DNA of 64,000 nt from an uncultured Planctomycetales bacterium. Lineage in GTDB: Bacteria; Planctomycetota; Phycisphaerae; UBA1845; Fen-1342. The stretch covers positions 2,164 through 66,163 of the forward strand of contig CAYQLG010000008.1 of assembly GCA_964418235.1 (NCBI GenBank), read 5' to 3'. Below, one piece after another: positions 25,994-36,683 of the stretch. How positions within the stretch are numbered: the first letter of the stretch is position 1; the number at the start of each line of letters is the position of its first letter. The notes under the pieces were generated by a model. The model was not told where the DNA came from, did no database searches, and saw only the letters and a list, made by a program, of their open reading frames with translations. A program made the translations under genes and the position numbers.

Positions 25994-28900
25994 TCAGACG
26001 GAGAGAGTCGCCGCGGCTTCGACCGGCACGCAGGAGCAGAACAGGTTGCGATCGCCCCAGACGTTATCGACGCGCGCGACCGGCGGCCAGTACTTGTGCG
26101 CCCGCACCCACGCCGCCGGAAACGCCGCGGTCTCGCGCGAGTAGGGATGCGCCCAGGAGTTTGCACAGACCTCCTGCGCCGTGTGCGGGGCGTTCTTGAG
26201 CGGATTGTCGGCGCGATCGCCGCGTCCGGTCTCGATTGCGCGAATTTCGGCGCGGATCGCGATGAGCGCGTCGCAGAGCCGATCCAGCTCCGCGCGTGCT
26301 TCGCTTTCGGTCGGCTCGATCATGAGCGTGCCGGCGACGGGCCAGCTCATGGTCGGCGCGTGGAAGCCATAGTCCATCAGCCGCTTGGCGATGTCTTCGA
26401 CCTTAATGCCGGCCGATTCTTCGAAGGCGCGGCAATCGACGATGAACTCATGCGCGACGCGGCCGTTCTTGCCGCGATAGAGAATCGGGTAGTGCTCCTC
26501 AAGCCGGCGGGCCATGTAGTTCGCATTCAAGATCGCGGCTTGCGTCGCCTTGGTCAGGCCCGACGAACCCATCATGGCGATGTACATCCATGAAATGGTC
26601 AGGATGCTCGCGCTGCCGAACGGGGCCGCCGAGACCGGACCGACGCGGGAGGAGGAGGGTGATAAGGTGATAAGGTGATACGGTGATAAGGCAGCGGCAT
26701 CGTCCGCGTCAGCGATTCCCGATATCGCTGCGGCGACAGTTGTGTCTCTGCCCTTTCCACCTTCCCACGTTCCCACCTTCCCACTGGCATCCGCCGTACG
26801 CACGCCCGGATCGACGACCGGATGCCCCGACAAGTACGGCGCAAGATGAGCGGCGACGCCGATCGGGCCCATGCCGGGGCCGCCGCCGCCATGCGGGATG
26901 CAGAAGGTTTTGTGCAGATTGAGGTGGCAGACATCCGCGCCGATGTCGGCGGGGCGCGTCAGGCCGACCTGCGCATTCATATTCGCGCCGTCCATATAGA
27001 CCTGCCCGCCATAGCGATGCACGACCTCGCAAATTTCGCGGATGCCCTCTTCGAAGACGCCGTGTGTCGAGGGGTAGGTCACCATCAGGGCGGCGAGACC
27101 GGCGCGGTGCTGCTCCGCTTTGACCGAGAGGTCTTCGACGTTGATATTGCCCAGATCGTCACACGCAACGGGCACGACTCTGAAGCCCGCCATGACGGCG
27201 CTGGCCGGGTTGGTCCCGTGCGCCGAGACGGGAATCAGGCAGATGTTTCGCCGGCTGTCGCCGCGGCTTTCGTGATACGCGCGGATCGTCAGCAGGCCGG
27301 CGTATTCGCCCTGCGCCCCGCTGTTGGGTTGCAGGGAAACCGCGGCAAACCCGGTGATTTCGGCCAGCCAGCTTTCGAGCGAGTAGCACAGCTCCTGATA
27401 GCCGCGCGTCTGATCGGCGGGGGCGAAGGGGTGCATGCGGCCGAACTCGGGCCAGGTAACCGGGATCATCTCGCTCGTGCCGTTGAGTTTCATCGTGCAC
27501 GAGCCGAGCGGGATCATGCTGGTCGTCAGTGAGAGATCCTTTGCTTGCAGCCGGTTGAGATAGCGGAGCATTTCGTGCTCGCTGTGATACTGATTGAAGA
27601 CCGGGTGCGTGAGATAAGCCGTCTCGCGCCGCAGCGCCGCCGGTATGACGTCCGGGTCCGATGGGATCGGCGCCTTCGGGTCGAGCTCGAAGCCGCGCCC
27701 GCAGCCGAACGACCCGAGCACCTGTTTCACGTCTTCGAGGGTCGTGGTTTCATCGAGCGAGACGCCGAGCGTTCCGTCGCCGTAGTCGCGCAGGTTCAGT
27801 CCGTGTTCGACGCCGGCCTTGAGCACGCCGACGGCGTCGTTTTTGCAGTGCTCGCCGATGACCGGGCGCACACGGATCGTGTCGAAGTACGTCGGCGTGA
27901 GCACCTCATGGCCGAGCCAGCGCATGCCGTTGGCGAGGATGCGGGTGAAGCCGTGCACGCGCTCCGCGATGCGGCGGAGGCCCTTCGGGCCGTGATAGAC
28001 CGCGTACATGCTCGCCATGACCGCGAGCAGCACCTGCGCGGTGCAGATGTTGCTGGTAGCCTTCTCGCGGCGGATGTGCTGCTCGCGCGTCGCCAGCGAC
28101 AGGCGATACGCCGTCTGGCCGCGCGCGTCCTTCGAAACGCCGATGAGCCGGCCCGGAATCTGCCGCTTGAATTCATCGCGGCAGGCGAGAAACGCGGCGT
28201 GCGGCCCGCCAAAGCCCAGCGGTACGCCGAAGCGCTGCGCGCTGCCGATGACGATGTCGGCGCCCCACTCGCCCGGCGGTTTGAGCAGCGTGAGGGCTAA
28301 CAGATCGGTGGCCACAATCACCCGCGCGCCGCCGGCGTGCATGCGCGCGACCGCCTCGGAGTAATCGTTCACATTGCCGAAGGTGTTGGGATATTGCAGC
28401 AGCACGCCGAAGAAGTCGTTCTTCGAATAATCGGTCTCGCGCGGGCAGTCGATGACGACCTCGATGCCGAGCGGCCGCGCGCGGGTTTGTACGACCGCAA
28501 TCGTCTGCGGGTGGCAACGCTTGGCGACGAGAAACTTGTTGCGGCCGCCGTCGCTGAGCGCGTGGGCCATGTGCATCGCCTCGGCGGCCGCGGTGGCCTC
28601 GTCGAGGAGCGATGCGTTGGCGATCGGCAGACTGGTCAGGTCGGCCACCATCGTCTGGAAGTTGATCAGGGCCTCGAGCCGGCCCTGTGAGATCTCCGCC
28701 TGATAGGGCGTGTATTGCGTGTACCAGCCGGGATTCTCAAGCACGTTGCGCAGAATGACCGGCGGCGTGATCGTGTCGTAATAGCCCATGCCGATGTAAC
28801 TGCGCAAGACGCGGTTTTTCAGGGCGATGGCGCGCAAGCGCGCGAGCGTCTCGTTTTCGCCGCGCGGCGGGTCGAGACGGAGCGGGGCTTTCATGCGAAT

Positions 28901-29056
28901 CGCCGCGGGCACGGTCTGATCGATCAATTGCTCAAGTGAGCTGCAAGAGAGCGTGGAGAGCATGCCGCGAATATCGGCGTCGGATGGGCCGATGTGGCGG
29001 TGCACAAAAGTATCGGAAGGCGAAAGCGGCTCGAAATCCTGAAACGACGCGGCCAT
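25994..29056 (-). CDS. gcvP: Glycine dehydrogenase (decarboxylating), glycine cleavage system P protein
   Basis: ORF open to 29290. The conserved N-terminus begins at ATG 29056 ([25 protein letters not shown]), with GGGAGA 9 nt upstream. Motifs [34 protein letters not shown] and [23 protein letters not shown]. Carries a ~48-aa extra loop encoded by a repeat element. Confidence 0.95.
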   Translation of the reverse strand: MAASFQDFEPLSPSDTFVHRHIGPSDADIRGMLSTLSCSSLEQLIDQTVPAAIRMKAPLRLDPPRGENETLARLRAIALKNRVLRSYIGMGYYDTITPPVILRNVLENPGWYTQYTPYQAEISQGRLEALINFQTMVADLTSLPIANASLLDEATAAAEAMHMAHALSDGGRNKFLVAKRCHPQTIAVVQTRARPLGIEVVIDCPRETDYSKNDFFGVLLQYPNTFGNVNDYSEAVARMHAGGARVIVATDLLALTLLKPPGEWGADIVIGSAQRFGVPLGFGGPHAAFLACRDEFKRQIPGRLIGVSKDARGQTAYRLSLATREQHIRREKATSNICTAQVLLAVMASMYAVYHGPKGLRRIAERVHGFTRILANGMRWLGHEVLTPTYFDTIRVRPVIGEHCKNDAVGVLKAGVEHGLNLRDYGDGTLGVSLDETTTLEDVKQVLGSFGCGRGFELDPKAPIPSDPDVIPAALRRETAYLTHPVFNQYHSEHEMLRYLNRLQAKDLSLTTSMIPLGSCTMKLNGTSEMIPVTWPEFGRMHPFAPADQTRGYQELCYSLESWLAEITGFAAVSLQPNSGAQGEYAGLLTIRAYHESRGDSRRNICLIPVSAHGTNPASAVMAGFRVVPVACDDLGNINVEDLSVKAEQHRAGLAALMVTYPSTHGVFEEGIREICEVVHRYGGQVYMDGANMNAQVGLTRPADIGADVCHLNLHKTFCIPHGGGGPGMGPIGVAAHLAPYLSGHPVVDPGVRTADASGKVGTWEGGKGRDTTVAAAISGIADADDAAALSPYHLITLSPSSSRVGPVSAAPFGSASILTISWMYIAMMGSSGLTKATQAAILNANYMARRLEEHYPILYRGKNGRVAHEFIVDCRAFEESAGIKVEDIAKRLMDYGFHAPTMSWPVAGTLMIEPTESEARAELDRLCDALIAIRAEIRAIETGRGDRADNPLKNAPHTAQEVCANSWAHPYSRETAAFPAAWVRAHKYWPPVARVDNVWGDRNLFCSCVPVEAAATLSV
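26658..26783. repeat. Short family A-type element (8-mer arrays flanking a hairpin core) embedded in frame in gcvP
   Basis: GGTGATAA x4 (26658-26691). 59-nt core with CAGCGAT-N7-ATCGCTG. CTTTCCAC/CTTCCCAC-type 8-mers (26751-26783). 126 nt = 42 codons with no stop in the gcvP frame. Confidence 0.85.
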
Positions 29057-29539
29057 TAGGCGGAGTCTCCCTTGGGGGACCAAACAACCGGCCCGGCGAC
29101 AGTTCACCCGGCTATCTGCTGCTATTGTAGCGATGCCGCGCGGCTTGGGGTTGTGCGGCGGCAGCACGCCCGGCGCCATCCGGAATGGTTGGACCTGGCC
29201 ACAACAAACCATGCGGGTGGCGGCAGTTCTGATGGCTTTTTTTGAAATGATCAGCAACGACCGGCCGTGAGTCTGGATTGAGCCATCCATTTCGGATCAT
29301 GGCGACTGAGCCGGAGTTGTCCGGAGTTGTGCCGGCGCGGGTTTCTGAGACACGGGATTCTGCGGGGCAAGATGTTGACAGATGTGACGCGGTGGTAACG
29401 TATCCGGATGATGCCGTACACATTTAATACGAAAACTTGAAGGGTTGATGAAGAAAGGGCGATTTGTCAGCCGACCGATCTCCTCGCGATTATCGGGCTA
29501 TTCCGATTGCACAACCTCGCACATGTTTTGCGGGGTAAG

Positions 29540-29548
29540 TGTTAGAAT
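29540..29548 (+). promoter_or_regulatory. Candidate extended -10 promoter element (TGtTAGAAT) for the PEP-CTERM gene
   Basis: TGTTAGAAT lies in an AT-rich patch ~80 nt upstream of ATG 29627. No good -35 was seen. Confidence 0.3.
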
Positions 29549-29626
29549 ATCTATCGATGTGACTGTGTTCGCTTGATTGATCGGGGCAGCATGCTGGTCA
29601 TGAGCGCACACCGAGGAGGCTTTTCC

Positions 29627-30343
29627 ATGCGCCTTACCCTATCTCACTGTGTGCATACAATACATCGTCAAAGCCACACAAGTCATCAACTCGCCGCAGT
29701 GTCAGTCATCGTCGTTCTTTTGGGCGTGATCCCGCTCGAAGCGCGGATTCAGGGCGTGATTTTCGGCAGCTCGGCCCGCCCGGCCATGCTGGGTGATTTT
29801 CCAATGACGCCGTTCAATCCTGATCCGCGCCCGCCGTTTCATTTCGGCGCCGATCCAGCTACGTACACCGTGTCGGATGTGCCAACACCGCATGGCGGGG
29901 TGGTTGATTTTCGGTATGACCTTTATCATGTTCGCTGGGGTGTTGGCTGGACCGCGTGGGATGCGGTACACGGGCCGCCGTACGACATCTACACCACTAA
30001 TTCGCCGGGCAGCCCGACAGAATTCGTCGAGATGGACTTGCCCGCGGGCACGCGCGCTATCTATTTCGCCGCGTCCCATGCGTTGGGTTCATTCGGCACA
30101 TTCCACGCGATTGCCAATCAGGATATTGATACAACGGTCAGTTACAGCGTGGATGCGACACATAGCGGCTTGTTCGGCTTCTATGTCGAGAATCCGGCCG
30201 ACCCGGACATTCGCCATGTGAGCGTGGTTCTGGCCAGCTTCAGTACGATGGCGATTGGTTCGTTCGGAATTTACATCCCGGAACCGACGGCGCTGCTGCT
30301 GCTCGCGCCCGGGCTGGCATTGGCCGGTCGCGGACGGCGCTGA
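29627..30343 (+). CDS. PEP-CTERM sorting-domain exported protein
   Basis: ATG 29627 lies 7 nt after GAGGAGG. The C-terminus IPEPTALLLLAPGLALAGRGRR is PEP + TM + Arg cluster. Confidence 0.7.
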   Translation: MRLTLSHCVHTIHRQSHTSHQLAAVSVIVVLLGVIPLEARIQGVIFGSSARPAMLGDFPMTPFNPDPRPPFHFGADPATYTVSDVPTPHGGVVDFRYDLYHVRWGVGWTAWDAVHGPPYDIYTTNSPGSPTEFVEMDLPAGTRAIYFAASHALGSFGTFHAIANQDIDTTVSYSVDATHSGLFGFYVENPADPDIRHVSVVLASFSTMAIGSFGIYIPEPTALLLLAPGLALAGRGRR

Positions 30344-30762
30344 CCCCCGTTTGCACGAAACTCGGGTGCGACAGGCTAACGGCATGGAAATTGTAACCAT
30401 CAGCGACAGGCTGAAACCTGACCCGCCCAATCTTGCGGGCCCACCGAGGGACGGCCCTCACATTCCTGCACGCCGCCGGAGCGCCTGCATCACCCATTCG
30501 CGCGGTCTGAGCAAAGGCCTGTCGCCGCTTGAGCGGTTCATCGAGGGCTTGACGATGCCAACCGCATCAAGCCACGCGAAAGGGGATCGCCCGGATCGGT
30601 GAACGCGTGAGCCAGGAAATCTCTCGACGCGCGATCGGCCGGTCGGCTATTCTGAAGGCGGACGGGAGAGCGGCATTCGAAGCGGCAGGGGCGCAGCCTG
30701 CCGGACCGGCTCTCTCAATGTCCGCCTTCCGCGGACTGGCGCGAAGATCGGGAGCTATTGCT

Positions 30763-31881
30763 ATGTTTGACTCAATCACACGCGGCTGTCGTCGTTGTAC
30801 GGGGCTGTTCGTGGGCGCTTTGGCGTGTGCGGTGCTGACGCCGCTCGCCGCGGCTCAGGATATTCGCCTCGATCCGCCGGCGAATTGGATCGAAGAGCGC
30901 GCTGAGCCGCGGCCGTCGCCCGCCGCCCGCCGGGGCGCTCGAGCGCTGACCCGGAACTCTACCGCCGATGGCGGCGCGTTTACCAACAACATCATGATCA
31001 CCGGCTATTGGCCGCCGACGAACGAGATGATCCGCCGCTTCAGTGATGATCCGACCCAGAACCCGGCCGGCTGGGTCGGCGGCAATTGGGAGGGGCGCGG
31101 CTATGACATCTATGCGTTCTTCCCGGAGTTTCCCGGCGGCGTGCTGGCCCGCGGCGTCGGCGACTTCGAGGTCGATTATCAGGATACGTCCAATGACTGG
31201 TGGCCGCTGGTGCAGCAGTTGCAGCCGGTCGCGATCATCACCTTCAGCCGGGCCAACACGCAGCGCGGCTGGGAATTGGAAGGGGGGCATCGCAAGTACG
31301 ATCTGAGCCTTTGGACGGTGGACTATCTCGCGCCGACGCGGCCCACGCCGGAGTTGCCGATCGCGAGCGAGCCGAACAACAACGAGCGGTTCAGCTCGCT
31401 GCCGATGCAGGCGATCGTGAATGCGGTCGACGAGACGCCGGCGCTGGTTGATCCGTTCATCGCTCCCTTTGACGAGGGTCGTTTTCTCTCGAATTACATT
31501 GGCTATCACGGCTGCTGGTATCACGATCTGCACGCCGCACCGAGCGACCCGGCGTGGAACGTCGCCGCCGGCCATATTCACGTCGGCCAAAACACGGCCT
31601 TGCCCGATGCGGTCAGCGCAACCGAGACCACGTTGCGCGTGCTGATCGACGTTGTGAATCGGCGGCTGGGGGTGGTCGCGGCGCCGGCGGACATGAATTG
31701 CGACGGGTTGGTGAATTTTGACGACATCACCGGCTTTGTGCTGGCACTGACCGACCCGAGCGCGTATGCCGCGGCGATCCCGGCGTGCCGCTATCTGAAC
31801 GCCGACACGAATGACGACGGGCTGGTGAATTTCGATGATCTCAATGGGTTCGTGCAGTGCTTGACGGGCGCGTGCCCTTAG
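30763..31881 (+). CDS. Exported pyroglutamyl-peptidase I (C15)-like domain protein with dockerin-like C-terminal module
   Basis: ATG 30763 after GGGAG. Signal CRRCTGLFVGALACAVLTPLAAAQ. IMITGYWPP, PVAIITFSRANTQRGWELE, SLPMQAIVNAV, GRFLSNY and AGHIHVG align by eye with the PGP-I blocks LLTGFDPF, PDIIICVGQAGGR..PE, GLPIKRIVEEI, GTFVCNH and GGFIHIP. C-terminus DMNCDGLVNFDDITGFV...DTNDDGLVNFDDLNGFVQCLTGACP. Confidence 0.65.
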   Translation: MFDSITRGCRRCTGLFVGALACAVLTPLAAAQDIRLDPPANWIEERAEPRPSPAARRGARALTRNSTADGGAFTNNIMITGYWPPTNEMIRRFSDDPTQNPAGWVGGNWEGRGYDIYAFFPEFPGGVLARGVGDFEVDYQDTSNDWWPLVQQLQPVAIITFSRANTQRGWELEGGHRKYDLSLWTVDYLAPTRPTPELPIASEPNNNERFSSLPMQAIVNAVDETPALVDPFIAPFDEGRFLSNYIGYHGCWYHDLHAAPSDPAWNVAAGHIHVGQNTALPDAVSATETTLRVLIDVVNRRLGVVAAPADMNCDGLVNFDDITGFVLALTDPSAYAAAIPACRYLNADTNDDGLVNFDDLNGFVQCLTGACP

Positions 31882-32034
31882 TGCTTCGTCACAATTGAAT
31901 TTGCGGGTTCGAAACGAGGGTAGCATGGGCCTCCGGCCCGTGCGTCCCACTACAAAAATAGGCACGAATCTCATGCCGTGACGTCGGAGCTCCTTTCCAC
32001 TTCATCCGAAAATTCAAACTTGACGAAGCACTAG
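31878..32034 (-). mobile_element. Family B MITE-like element (copy B1)
   Basis: Inverted termini TTAGTGCTTCGTCACAATTGAAT ... ATTCAAACTTGACGAAGCACTAG. Central GGGCCTCCGGCCC hairpin. Near-identical (reverse complement) to 50853-51009. The terminal TAG is the stop codon of the upstream gene. Confidence 0.8.
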
Positions 32035-32150
32035 TGCTTCGTCAACTTTGAATACACGGGTAGCGCGGAATTCACACCCGGCGACATGCCGTGAATAAGT
32101 GCCGCGGTTGGTTGTTGGACGCAAGGGGCCGGAGGCCCATGCTACCCTCG
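32031..32150 (+). mobile_element. Family B MITE-like element (copy B2, right end truncated), abutting B1 through a shared CTAG
   Basis: CTAGTGCTTCGTCAACTTTGAAT...GCGCGGAATTCACACCC...GTGCCGCGGTTGGTTGTTGGACGCAAGGGGCCGGAGGCCCATGCTACCCTCG. Similar to 56084-56235. Confidence 0.7.
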
Positions 32151-32201
32151 ATAAACGCGCGACGATGAAAGCGCCGCAGTCAGATGATCCTTACGCGGGT
32201 C

Positions 32202-32954
32202 TCACCTTGGGGCTGTGCCCATTTGCCGCGCCAAGTCGAGGATGACGCGCGGATAAAGCTCGCGCTCCGCCGCCTGTACGCGCGCGCCCAGCGTTTCGGG
32301 GGTGTCGTTGGGTAACACCGGCACTCGCTGTTGGGCCAAGATTGGGCCGTGATCGTATTCGTGATCGACCCAGTGCACGGTGCAGCCGCTCTCCCGCGCG
32401 CCAGAGGCCAGCACCGCCGCATGCACGTGTCGTCCAAACATGCCTTTTCCGCCAAAGGCCGGGAGCAGGGCGGGATGGATGTTGATCACGCGGCGTTCAA
32501 AGCGGGGGGGATAGAGCCACAGCGCCAGATATCCGCCCATGACGACCAACTCGACGCCGGCCCGGTCGAGCGCGGCGGCGACCGCCTCCGAAAAGGCCGT
32601 CGGAGTGGCAAAATTGCGTGGCGCCACGACTTCGAGCGGCAGCCCCGCAGCGCAGGCGATCGCGATCCCGCCGACGTCCGCCCGTGAGCTGATCACGAGC
32701 TTGATCTCTACGCCCGGCAGCCGGCCCGCCGCGCGCTGCGCCAGCAGATTGGCCAACGTGCTGCCGCCGCCGGAGATCAAGACGGCGATCGGCAGGGGGC
32801 GTCGCGGCGGACAAGCCGCTGGTTGTGTTGGCGGCGGTTGTTCGGCGGCGTCGTGAGCTGCACGGCGATTTTCGCCCGGCGGATCGCGCATGCGGGGATC
32901 GTCGCGCGGTCGAAGCCCGCCGTCAACGGCAGGCTGACAGGCCGCGATGACCAC
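32202..32954 (-). CDS. purN: Phosphoribosylglycinamide formyltransferase
   Basis: IAVLISGGGSTLANL, INIHPALLPAFGGKGM, CTVHWVDHEYDHGPI. Start uncertain: ORF start 32954 or ATG 32891. Confidence 0.85.
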   Translation of the reverse strand: MVIAACQPAVDGGLRPRDDPRMRDPPGENRRAAHDAAEQPPPTQPAACPPRRPLPIAVLISGGGSTLANLLAQRAAGRLPGVEIKLVISSRADVGGIAIACAAGLPLEVVAPRNFATPTAFSEAVAAALDRAGVELVVMGGYLALWLYPPRFERRVINIHPALLPAFGGKGMFGRHVHAAVLASGARESGCTVHWVDHEYDHGPILAQQRVPVLPNDTPETLGARVQAAERELYPRVILDLARQMGTAPR

Positions 32955-33035
32955 GGTACACTCCGGGGCTCGGCGGTGTGCCCGCGTGCGCGCAGAACGC
33001 GCGCTATTCCCCGGCGAAATGAGAAGGAGTCTGCG

Positions 33036-33392
33036 GTGGCGTTAGACATCAAGAGCTACGAAGGGCAAGCCCGGCTCAGCGTGATTCTGGGTGCTGTCGG
33101 AGGTCTCGGCGTGATTCTGGCAGCCGGGCTGATGGGGCGAAACTACAACGCCACCAGCAACTGGATTGTTTACAGCCCGGCGTCGATGTGGTTCTACGCA
33201 TTTGGGGCCAGCCTGGGCCTGGGATTGCTCGCCAGCAGCTTCGGCTTTTTCATCGGGTTGAACAGCGCCGGACAGAAGCGCAACACGCAGAACCGTCTTT
33301 CGTGGATCGGCTTCTTTGTGAGTGCGTTCACGCTGACGCTGGGCATGTGCGCCGCGTCGCTGTTTTACTTCTTTCGTCAGACGCTCGGTTGA
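33036..33392 (+). CDS. Small hypothetical membrane protein (3-4 TM)
   Basis: GTG 33036 lies 6 nt after GAAGGAG, in frame with ORF 32823..33392. Hydrophobic segments LSVILGAVGGLGVILAAGL, FYAFGASLGLGLLASSFGFFIGL, IGFFVSAFTLTLGMCAASLFYFF. Confidence 0.4.
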   Translation: MALDIKSYEGQARLSVILGAVGGLGVILAAGLMGRNYNATSNWIVYSPASMWFYAFGASLGLGLLASSFGFFIGLNSAGQKRNTQNRLSWIGFFVSAFTLTLGMCAASLFYFFRQTLG

Positions 33393-33610
33393 GCGCCGCG
33401 GCCCGCGCTGCGCGCTAGGATGAGAGGTCGAAATGCCCGCGCGCGGGAAGCCGCGGACCGCGGCCGCGTGTCGGCGGCGCCGCTTGTGAATCGCGGCCGC
33501 ACCCGGGCGGTTTCCGGATTGCTCCGGCGGCCGCACTGGTATTGGGCGAACCCGACCGAAGCCGGAAAACCTGACACACGTTCACCTGCAGAAATCAAGG
33601 AGAAAATGCC

Positions 33611-34117
33611 ATGGCTCGTACCGTGACACTCAAAGGCAACCCGCTTACGTTGGCCGGCGCCGCGATCAAAGTCGGCGACACCGCTCCCGACGCCGTCCTG
33701 CGCAAAGACTTGGTCAGCGACTTTCGTCTGAGCGAGACGCGCGGCAAGGCGCGCATCTTCAGCGTCGTGCCATCGCTCGACACGCCCGTCTGCGCCGCCC
33801 AGACCAAGCGCTTCAATGAAGAAGCGACCAAGATCCCCGGCGTGAAGATCTACACGATCAGCACCGACCTGCCCGTCGCGCAGAAGCGCTTCTGCGGTGC
33901 GGAGGGGGTCGATCCGGAGCGCGTGATGACGCTGTCGGATCACAAGGAGACCGCTTTCGGCCTGGCGTATGGCACGCTGATTCCTGATTTGCGGATTCAC
34001 TGCCGGGCGGTCTTTGTCGTCGGCGCCGATGACAAAGTGAAATACGCCGAGTATGTGCCCGAAATCGCCGAGCATCCGAACTACGACGCGATCTTGGCGG
34101 CGGCCCGCTCGGCCTGA
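33611..34117 (+). CDS. tpx: Thiol peroxidase (atypical 2-Cys peroxiredoxin Tpx)
   Basis: 168 aa. VTLKGNPLTLAG, peroxidatic Cys in SVVPSLDTPVC, resolving-Cys region QKRFCGAEG. AAGGAG upstream. Confidence 0.9.
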   Translation: MARTVTLKGNPLTLAGAAIKVGDTAPDAVLRKDLVSDFRLSETRGKARIFSVVPSLDTPVCAAQTKRFNEEATKIPGVKIYTISTDLPVAQKRFCGAEGVDPERVMTLSDHKETAFGLAYGTLIPDLRIHCRAVFVVGADDKVKYAEYVPEIAEHPNYDAILAAARSA

Positions 34118-34190
34118 TCGCATTGCCGGCCGCGATGCGTGCACAGCCTGCCTATCTCCGCAACGCAAGCTGATGCCCGCATGCAGGGCT

Positions 34191-36323
<2,133 letters not shown>

Positions 36324-36391
36324 TCCGCGAGATTGTAGGCGAACGGCGCGACCGTCTGGCAGGGGGCGCGATGGATTGCACGTGAGTGTGG

Positions 36392-36631
36392 GCCACTGTT
36401 CGTAGAGCGGGCCGCTCGAGCGCAGCGTTCGTTTCGGGACCGTCGCGGCCCGCTCAGAGAACAGTGCGGCGTGGCAGGCGGCTCGACAACGAGAGCATGC
36501 TCCCCACCGGCACTGTTCTCCGCGCGAATTTCGCGGCGGCCTTTGCCGGCATTCGTTGCTCTTCGAGATGAATGGGGAGCCGAGCGCGAGACGTACCCCT
36601 CCCGCGCGAAATCCGCTGTGCGAACAGTGGC
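36392..36631. promoter_or_regulatory. Four copies of CACTGTTC/GAACAGTG (two inverted pairs) in the lig-uvrB intergenic region; candidate operator or leader structure
   Basis: GCCACTGTTCG at 36392-36402 (+) and 36621-36631 (-). GCACTGTTCTC at 36510-36520 (+) and 36457-36467 (-). 70-310 nt upstream of the uvrB ATG. Confidence 0.35.
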
Positions 36632-36683
36632 ACCCATCCCAGCACACTTGCACCCATCTCAACAGAGCCACCCGCCGCGGGAG

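Noticed and set aside
29057-29300. Glycine riboswitch expected upstream of gcvP
   Set aside because: I reverse-complemented the leader and looked for the conserved aptamer cores (GGAGAG ... CACCGAAGGGGCAA / CTCTGGAGAG ... ACCGAAGG). None was found. An Infernal scan with RF00504 would settle it.
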